Shown: positions 9,682 through 15,400 of the stretch, in pieces
How the letters are laid out: every line of letters starts with the position of its first letter
Numbering within the stretch: the stretch's first letter is position 1
Source of the DNA: an uncultured archaeon
GTDB lineage: Archaea > Aenigmatarchaeota > Aenigmatarchaeia > QMZP01
DNA: 44,471 bases
Direction of reading: 5' to 3'
NCBI GenBank assembly: GCA_964501515.1
Contig: CAZCSS010000002.1
Coordinates: forward strand, 1-44,471
The notes under the pieces: generated by a model
What the model was told of the DNA's origin: nothing
What the model saw: only the letters and a program-made list of their open reading frames with translations
Database searches by the model: none
Program-made: the position numbers and the translations under genes

Positions 9682-9949
9682 TCAACTCGTTTATAAGCTT
9701 TGACATCACCTTTTCCTGCTTCTCAAGCCTCCTCTCAAAATCAGAAACAAGACCCTCCAGACTATCGATCCTGACCTTAAGTTCTATGTCAGACATACCC
9801 GTGTACAAATTTTGAAATCCCTTGGGGTCAGGCAGCAGGCCTGCATGCCCCTGAGAGAGCCCAGAAGAGGGGGACCTAAGCCGCCAGAACTCGTAAAACA
9901 TGAACGCAGCTGCTGCAACCACAACGCCCAAAAGCAGTACATCTAACAT
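9674..9949 (-). CDS. Small membrane-anchored coiled-coil protein (91 aa: N-terminal TM helix plus C-terminal heptad segment)
   Basis: The track ORF 9674..10081 starts in the A/T-rich intergenic region. I prefer the internal ATG at 9947..9949, giving MLDVLLLGVVVAAAAFMFYEFWRLRSP...IELKVRIDSLEGLVSDFERRLEKQEKVMSKLINELSG. That is one hydrophobic helix followed by basic residues (tail predicted cytoplasmic), then coiled coil. A TATA-like TTTAATTAATAAA lies about 22-34 nt upstream on the minus strand. The stop lies against the start of the next gene. Confidence 0.6.
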   Translation of the reverse strand: MLDVLLLGVVVAAAAFMFYEFWRLRSPSSGLSQGHAGLLPDPKGFQNLYTGMSDIELKVRIDSLEGLVSDFERRLEKQEKVMSKLINELSG

Positions 9950-10133
9950 GGTTAAATAATAAATTAGGGGTTTATTAATTAAACTTATATATATGTAATA
10001 GTGAAGACATATTAATTTTTTGTCAAAAATTCTTTTTGAAAAAGTAACATTGTAAGCACGGTTTAAGGCAAAACCCCTCAAAAGGAAAGGGTTTTATATT
10101 ATATTTATATAATATTTAACAGAAGGGGTATGA
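9950..10133. promoter_or_regulatory. Divergent A/T-rich promoter region with TATA-like boxes for both flanking genes
   Basis: This 184-nt stretch is the most A/T-rich in the window. The minus-strand box TTTAATTAATAAA ends about 22 nt before the ATG at 9949. On the plus strand, tttatataat (10104..10113) lies 21-30 nt before the ATG at 10134, with GAAGGGG at 10122..10128 as a possible short SD. Spacing fits archaeal TATA to TSS distances and short or absent leaders. Confidence 0.4.
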
Positions 10134-10781
10134 ATGAAAAAGCTGACTGACTACAAAAACTTCTGGCTCATATGGCTGAGCGCCGCAGGAGACCAGAGAG
10201 GCATGTCGCTTTTTAGCATTCAGAATCTCTGGGGCATAAAAACTAACTATCTTTACCATGATGAGGCCGGATTGGGAAAACCGTTGTACCTGTCTATGAT
10301 AAGACAGGGATATGTGGAAAAACAGGGGAAGCGCCTCAGGGCAAGATTCGAATGGGTTGTGCCGTTTATGAAAGAACGCTATGGAGCGCTTACACCGCCG
10401 GGGATGTGGACGCCAAACGGCATTATACTCTCAAAATGGCCTGTTGTGCAGGAGTTCATACAGAACAACCCCGAGAAGCTGTTCGGGGCAAGGGCACTGA
10501 AGATTCTGTACAGGAACAGCAGGGACGCGCTCGGGATTTCCGGGAGATACATATTTGCTGACATATTCCTTTATGTCATGTTTTCCAATCTCATAGTGTT
10601 TTGCAGGAAATACAATGCCAGCATAGTCCTGAGAATAATACTCACTGCCACCTCGATGTTCACCGACAGGAACCTTCTCGGGTATATGCAGCACCTGAAC
10701 GCAGAGATGAAGGGGAGGTATCCTGTGATAATAGCCAATGAGGTTGAACTCAACAGAATGATGGCTCCATTCAACTGGTAA
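10134..10781 (+). CDS. Hypothetical protein, 215 aa, no family recognised
   Basis: Clean ATG ORF with non-repetitive globular composition, sitting downstream of the TATA-like box. The N-terminal part (SIQNLWGIKTNYLYH...LSMIRQGYVEKQGKRLRARFEW) could be a winged-helix-like fold, but that is only a guess. Overlapping ORFs on both strands (10352..10561, 10431..10799, 10571..10774) are shorter and less plausible. Confidence 0.6.
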   Translation: MKKLTDYKNFWLIWLSAAGDQRGMSLFSIQNLWGIKTNYLYHDEAGLGKPLYLSMIRQGYVEKQGKRLRARFEWVVPFMKERYGALTPPGMWTPNGIILSKWPVVQEFIQNNPEKLFGARALKILYRNSRDALGISGRYIFADIFLYVMFSNLIVFCRKYNASIVLRIILTATSMFTDRNLLGYMQHLNAEMKGRYPVIIANEVELNRMMAPFNW

Positions 10782-10826
10782 GGAAATGCCGGGTTTCACT
10801 AATGTGCTTGCACCTGTTCTATAAAC

Positions 10827-10834
10827 TTATATAA
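10827..10834 (+). promoter_or_regulatory. TATA-like box upstream of the MinD/ParA gene
   Basis: ttatataa lies 28-35 nt upstream of the GTG start at 10862. This fits an archaeal promoter producing a leaderless or near-leaderless mRNA. Confidence 0.35.
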
Positions 10835-10861
10835 CAATCGGTAAATAAGTAAATAAAGGCG

Positions 10862-11668
10862 GTGTGCGTGACTAGAATACTCGGGGTTGTTTCTGGAAAG
10901 GGTGGTGTGGGAAAGACCACGCTTGTGGCCAATCTGGGAGCAATTCTTGCCAACCACTTCAGGAAAAGGGTCATTGCAGTTGACTGCAACATATCAACAT
11001 CCCATCTCGGGCTTTATCTTGGAATGTATTACTATCCTGTTTCGCTGAACCAGGTGCTCAGTGGGGAGGCGCAGATAGAGGAAGCAGTATATAATTACAG
11101 CGTTCCGGGGATGCAGATTATTCCGGCCTCGCTGTCAATGGACGAGCTGAGGGGGGTTGATGTTTCCATGCTGAAGAATGTCATAAAGAAGCTTTTTGGG
11201 AAAGCAGACATAGTTCTTCTTGACGCTGCTCCGGGCCTTGGAAGGGAAGCCATGGCGGCCATAAGAGCGAGCGACGAGCTTGTGTTCGTAACAGTTCCGT
11301 TTGTTCCGCCCATAGTGGACATAATAAAGTGCGGGCAGGCGGCAAAAGAAATGGATGCGAGGCCGCTCGGGGTGGTCCTGAATATGACCGGGGAAGGCAG
11401 GCATGAACTCACTCCTGAAGAAGTGGAGCAACTTGTGGAGCTTCCTGTAATAGCCAGCATACCAAGGGACAGGGCTGTCTTGAGAAGTTTGTCTGCAAGA
11501 GTGCCTGTAATGGATATCAGTCCGAGGTCACCTGCCACAAGGGAGATAATGAAGCTGGCCGCATTCATTATAGGCGAAGACTACAGAGAGCCCGGGATGA
11601 TGAGCAGGATAAAAGGGATTTTCAGGCGAAAAAGCCGGACCGAGAAGGTCCTGGAAGTCAGGATATAG
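10862..11668 (+). CDS. minD: MinD/ParA-family (SIMIBI) P-loop ATPase, archaeal MinD-like, 268 aa
   Basis: Deviant Walker A at the extreme N-terminus (VVSGKGGVGKTTLVANLG). Walker B-like hydrophobic strand plus Asp (ADIVLLDAAPG). Length and layout are typical of MinD/ParA. The C-terminal basic amphipathic tail (MMSRIKGIFRRKSRTEKVL) resembles a MinD membrane-targeting sequence. Start is GTG at 10862, with an alternative GTG at 10868. Confidence 0.9.
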   Translation: MCVTRILGVVSGKGGVGKTTLVANLGAILANHFRKRVIAVDCNISTSHLGLYLGMYYYPVSLNQVLSGEAQIEEAVYNYSVPGMQIIPASLSMDELRGVDVSMLKNVIKKLFGKADIVLLDAAPGLGREAMAAIRASDELVFVTVPFVPPIVDIIKCGQAAKEMDARPLGVVLNMTGEGRHELTPEEVEQLVELPVIASIPRDRAVLRSLSARVPVMDISPRSPATREIMKLAAFIIGEDYREPGMMSRIKGIFRRKSRTEKVLEVRI

Positions 11669-12148
11669 TCATCCGAATTTTCTCAGCACATATTTATTGC
11701 CTGTTTTCTCAAGAACGCAGTTATAATAGGGTTTTTCCCTGGACCTTACCATCCTTTCTATTATCAGGAAATCGCTGGGTATTATTTGCTCTTTCATGCC
11801 TTCCAAGGCTTTCATACCAAGCCATCTCAAATCGCTTTCATGGCAGCTGCTGGTTTGTTTGGCCGGAAGAGCAAGCTCGCAAATATGCAGCAGAAAATGT
11901 CTGGATATTCTGTTGTTCTCTATGAGATGCTCGGAAACTGTGCCGAGCATACCCTTGAACTCAGCCCTGATTCCAGTCTCCTCCAGAACCTCCCTGACTG
12001 CGGCTTCCGAAATGTGCTCATTCTTCTCAATCTTTCCCCCCGGCAGGGCCCACAGCCCGGCGTAGTCCCCCCCTGCTCTTTTTATCAGAAGTGTCTTTCC
12101 GTTGCTTCTCAGCACAGAAACCGCCACCGGAACAGGAGTGTTATCCAT
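11669..12148 (-). CDS. NUDIX hydrolase, about 159 aa
   Basis: Perfect Nudix box G-x5-E-x7-R-E-U-x-E-E-x-G-U: GKIEKNEHISEAAVREVLEETGI. The track start at 12184 is a TTG. I prefer the ATG at 12146..12148 (MDNTPVPVAVSVLRSNGKTLLIKR...), which has a TATA-like box about 22-30 nt upstream. The stop codon abuts the MinD stop (convergent genes). Confidence 0.85.
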   Translation of the reverse strand: MDNTPVPVAVSVLRSNGKTLLIKRAGGDYAGLWALPGGKIEKNEHISEAAVREVLEETGIRAEFKGMLGTVSEHLIENNRISRHFLLHICELALPAKQTSSCHESDLRWLGMKALEGMKEQIIPSDFLIIERMVRSREKPYYNCVLEKTGNKYVLRKFG

Positions 12149-12167
12149 GATTGTTTTGTGGGGGTTT

Positions 12168-12179
12168 GATATAAATATC
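12168..12179 (-). promoter_or_regulatory. TATA-like box for the NUDIX gene
   Basis: The minus strand reads GATATTTATATC followed by 19 nt and then the ATG at 12148. This spacing fits a leaderless archaeal transcript. Confidence 0.4.
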
Positions 12180-12260
12180 AGCAAAGGAATAATATTATAT
12201 TAGTTCTGATGCGCTGCGGCTTCCGCGGCCTGTCCCCTTTCAGATGTGGCCTCTGTGTGG

Positions 12261-12266
12261 AAAAAA
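12261..12266 (-). terminator. Oligo-T tract (T6 on the minus strand), candidate archaeal terminator downstream of the 1,959-aa gene
   Basis: This is the only T run of 6 or more on the coding strand in the 233-nt spacer between the stop at 12418 and the NUDIX promoter. A small AGGGA-NNNN-TCCCT hairpin lies just upstream of it at 12285..12298. Weak, sequence-only evidence. Confidence 0.2.
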
Positions 12267-12417
12267 GTGGTTTCGTCCAACCTAAGGGATTTTTCCCTAG
12301 CTCTCATTATCTGCTCCTATATAGTTTCGCTGCTAAGATCAGAACTGACAATAGCGGCAACGGGCATAATGATGGGTATCTATTTCGGGCTCAAGATAGA
12401 AAGCGACATGTCCCTGC

Positions 12418-15400
12418 CTAACTGAGCTTTCTGTTTATCTCAGCCAGCCTGGTTTCGGTTCTTTTCTTCAGGCTGTTATATGCCTCCTGTGATATTATGC
12501 CCTGCTTGCGCTGCTGCTCCAGAAGGTTGAGCATTCTCTCAAGGCGGTTCTTCTCCACCTTCAGTTTCTCGCTGTCATCCTCCCTCTTCACAGAGGAGGT
12601 AAGCTTGCCTATTTCCGTTGTCCTTCCCCTTATAAGCGTCTTCAAGCTCGTGCTTATTCTTCTTATGTAAATCACAAGCATTGCAACAACTATGCCGAAC
12701 GCTATTATCAGTGCGAGCCACCATGGAAACACAAAGAGATTCGGCGCTGTTGAGAGAAGATATTCTGCCTTGTCAAGCAGGTTCCATCCGGCATATATGG
12801 CATCAAGCGCATCCTCGTACCTTTCATCAGAGAGGTATCTCTCGGCCTTTGATATCTGCTTCTCTATCTCATCAACAAGCAGGAGGACATCTGTAAGGTC
12901 TTTGATGTTTCTGGCATTGTCCACCTTTATCATAAACTCGTCCAGGGCATCCTTGAGCCTTTCAAGCTCATAATGCACCAGCTCCTTCATGGACGTGAAT
13001 ATCAGCAGGTCAAATGTTTTCTCGTCCCTTGAATCACCGGAAACAGCTGCTATTATCACCTTCCTTTTCCCTGCCTTTGTTCCTCCTGGAACAAGTATTC
13101 TGAACGTGAAGACTGTTGTTTCATTTGGGTTCAGCAATGCCACTGACTTGGGGCTGATGTCATACCACTCCGGCGGGATTCCAGACACTTCAAGCGTGAC
13201 ATTGGTCAGGTTTGTCCCTCCGGGATTTCTGACATGTATGTTGGGGAACCTGGCAAGACCAACCATAACCGCTACCTCGGTGGGGTATTTGGAGATTTCT
13301 ATTTTGGGCGTGGGCGGCGCCCCCCCACCTCCGGCAGGTGCAGCCGGGCCAGTCGGTCCGGGTCCGGGAGGTCCGGGCGGGGCCCCGCCTGGAAGGACCT
13401 TGAATGTCACACTTGTTTCTGACCCTGCATCGGTGAGGGTGTCATTTATGGTTGCATGGAGCGTGTATATTCCAGGCGGCTGGTCAGAGAAGATAAACAC
13501 CCTCGTCCCTGGAACAGTTATGTTCTGGCCTGCGGGGGTATAGGTGGGCTGGGCATCAGGAAGGGAATACCAGGTCTGGCCAGCACCCTCTACCCAGTAT
13601 CTGAGGTCAACGTCTCTCCCGTATTCTCCCTTGTTGTCAATAATAAGATTGAAGTTAAACCACTGACCTTGCTGAACCTCGGCCGTGATGAGTTCTATCC
13701 TGAGGTCATAAGGCCCCCAGGCAGCTATGCTGAACGCCCTGCTGGCCACGGTATGCAGGCCGCCTTTTGTAGCCTTGAGAACAGCCCAGTAGTCTCCTGA
13801 CTGGATTGTGGTTCCCATCACATAGCTGACCAGATAGCGTCCTGTGGAGTTCTTGTTCATTGCAGGGTTTCCGTTCGTGAGATTGGTCTCAAAAAGTACA
13901 TTGCCCAGTATGGGGTTTCCGTAGTAAACAGTCATGTTCATTGTGTCAGGATCAATGGGCAGACCGGCAGCGTCCTTTACCAGAAGGTCAAACGTCATTG
14001 TGCTGTTCGGGAACCAGACGTCCCTGGTCACAATCTCGGCGTCCATGCCAATGCTGTCATACACATCAAAATAGTTTGTTGTGGTATCAGTCACATTCCA
14101 GGGAACAATATTATCATAAAAAAGCGAGTGCGTGGTTATGGCGTATCTGCCTTCAGGATAATCTGATTTTATGGTGAAAAGGTCGGGGTACGGCGAACTT
14201 GCAGGTGTTCCATTCTGGTTGGTTGTATAGGTATTGTTTACCAGAACATACCCCGCCGGGTCTGTTATGGTTACTGTTGCGTTCACGTTGCTGAGATTCT
14301 CATTGTTCATGTCCATTACATGGTATCTGAGCGTGACCGAATCGCCTGTTTTGTATACAGGCTTCCCTGTGGTAGACGTCACTGCGAGATCAGCATATAT
14401 CCGTAAGGTCTCATTTTTTGTGGTGTTGACACTGCTGTTGTCCTGGATGAAGATGCTGACTGTGTAGTTGCCTCTTAGGATGGTATTGCCCCATACATCT
14501 CCGAGGTAGTCAGGGTATGCCGTCGTCCAGTAGGATGTCCCTGAAACCTGGCCGCCGTTGTATTGAAGTGTGTGATTGCTCACATTTCCATCAGGCCGAT
14601 AGACATATGCCATAATGGTGCAGTTCACGGGCGGCGGACCCTCATCATCACATCTGATGGGATTCCCGGAGAGGCTGGTTACTGTGACATCTATATCCAC
14701 ATTGCTTATCTGCTGTGTGATGTTCGGGCTGAGAACTATGATAATATTGGCCTCTATTTGGGGGTTGAGGGCCACGAAAAGGAACCTCTCTCCAGGAACA
14801 GAGTAGTTATAAGTGGCATTGATGCTGTAGTTCGAGTATTGCCACTGCTTGGGTTCGCCCTGACCCGTTATGTCAAAATACACTGCAAATATGTGATAAT
14901 CTTGCTTTGCAACACTGAAATTGGTGTCTGTTATGTAGGTGTAGTTTTCATACAGCGGGGTTATGTTAAAATTGAGCAGCATATTGCCCGTGTTGTTCAC
15001 GCTCACATTGCACACTATTCCTGTATCCTCATTCTGGAAGCGCTCGCAATATTCAGGAATCATCACCCAGCTCCCGTTCTCCGGGACTGTTATGCTTAGG
15101 TTTATTATGTGATAACCATTGTTGCCAGTGGTTACATTGATGCTGCCGTTGTAGACCCCCGGATCATGGCCTGCAGAAGCGGTTAGATTGGCCGACACAA
15201 TTATAACATCACCCGGGCTCATGTTGAAGGGAAAGTCAGGGGTGAAGTTGAAGGTAAAACCAGCCATGCCCGTTATGGTGTAACTCACGTTGATTATCTT
15301 GGAGTTGCCGGTGGAGTTCAGGGTTATGTTTCCGAGAAATGTTGTGGTGTTATGCTCCATGGTGTCTGTGAACTGATTCTCCGGAACCAGAAGTATCACG

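Noticed and set aside
9950-10081. N-terminal 44 codons of the track ORF 9674..10081 (MRGFALNRAYNVTFSKRIFDKKLICLHYYIYISLINKPLIYYLT).
   Set aside because: This part lies in the A/T-rich divergent promoter region and has odd composition. The internal ATG at 9949 starts exactly at the TM helix and has a TATA-like box at the right distance.
10070-10095. Inverted repeat AAAACCC-N12-GGGTTTT in the divergent promoter region (possible operator or terminator).
   Set aside because: It has only a 7-bp stem with a 12-nt loop, in a highly A/T-biased region, with no second copy. That is within chance expectation.
10352-10799. Overlapping alternative ORFs inside the 215-aa gene region (10352..10561 +, 10379..10564 -, 10431..10799 -, 10571..10774 -).
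   Set aside because: They are shorter than the 215-aa frame and nested within it. They lack start-site context, and their products look like random translation.
11095-11568. 157-aa minus-strand ORF antisense to MinD, together with 11135..11431.
   Set aside because: The plus-strand frame carries unambiguous MinD/ParA motifs. The antisense product has no recognisable features.
12149-12184. TTG start at 12184 for the NUDIX gene.
   Set aside because: It is a TTG codon lying inside or over the TATA-like element. The ATG at 12148 with correct promoter spacing is more plausible. The 12 extra residues (MLIFISNPHKTI) add nothing recognisable.
12209-12421. 70-aa plus-strand ORF in the spacer (MRCGFRGLSPFRCGLCVEKSG...).
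   Set aside because: It has atypical composition, no promoter or RBS context, and runs into the stop region of the 1,959-aa gene. It is probably non-coding spacer.
13306-13392. Possible collagen-like triple-helix segment (PGGAPPGPPGPGPTGPAAPAGGGG).
   Set aside because: It has no sustained G-x-y periodicity and is under 30 residues long. It is better described as a flexible Pro/Gly hinge.
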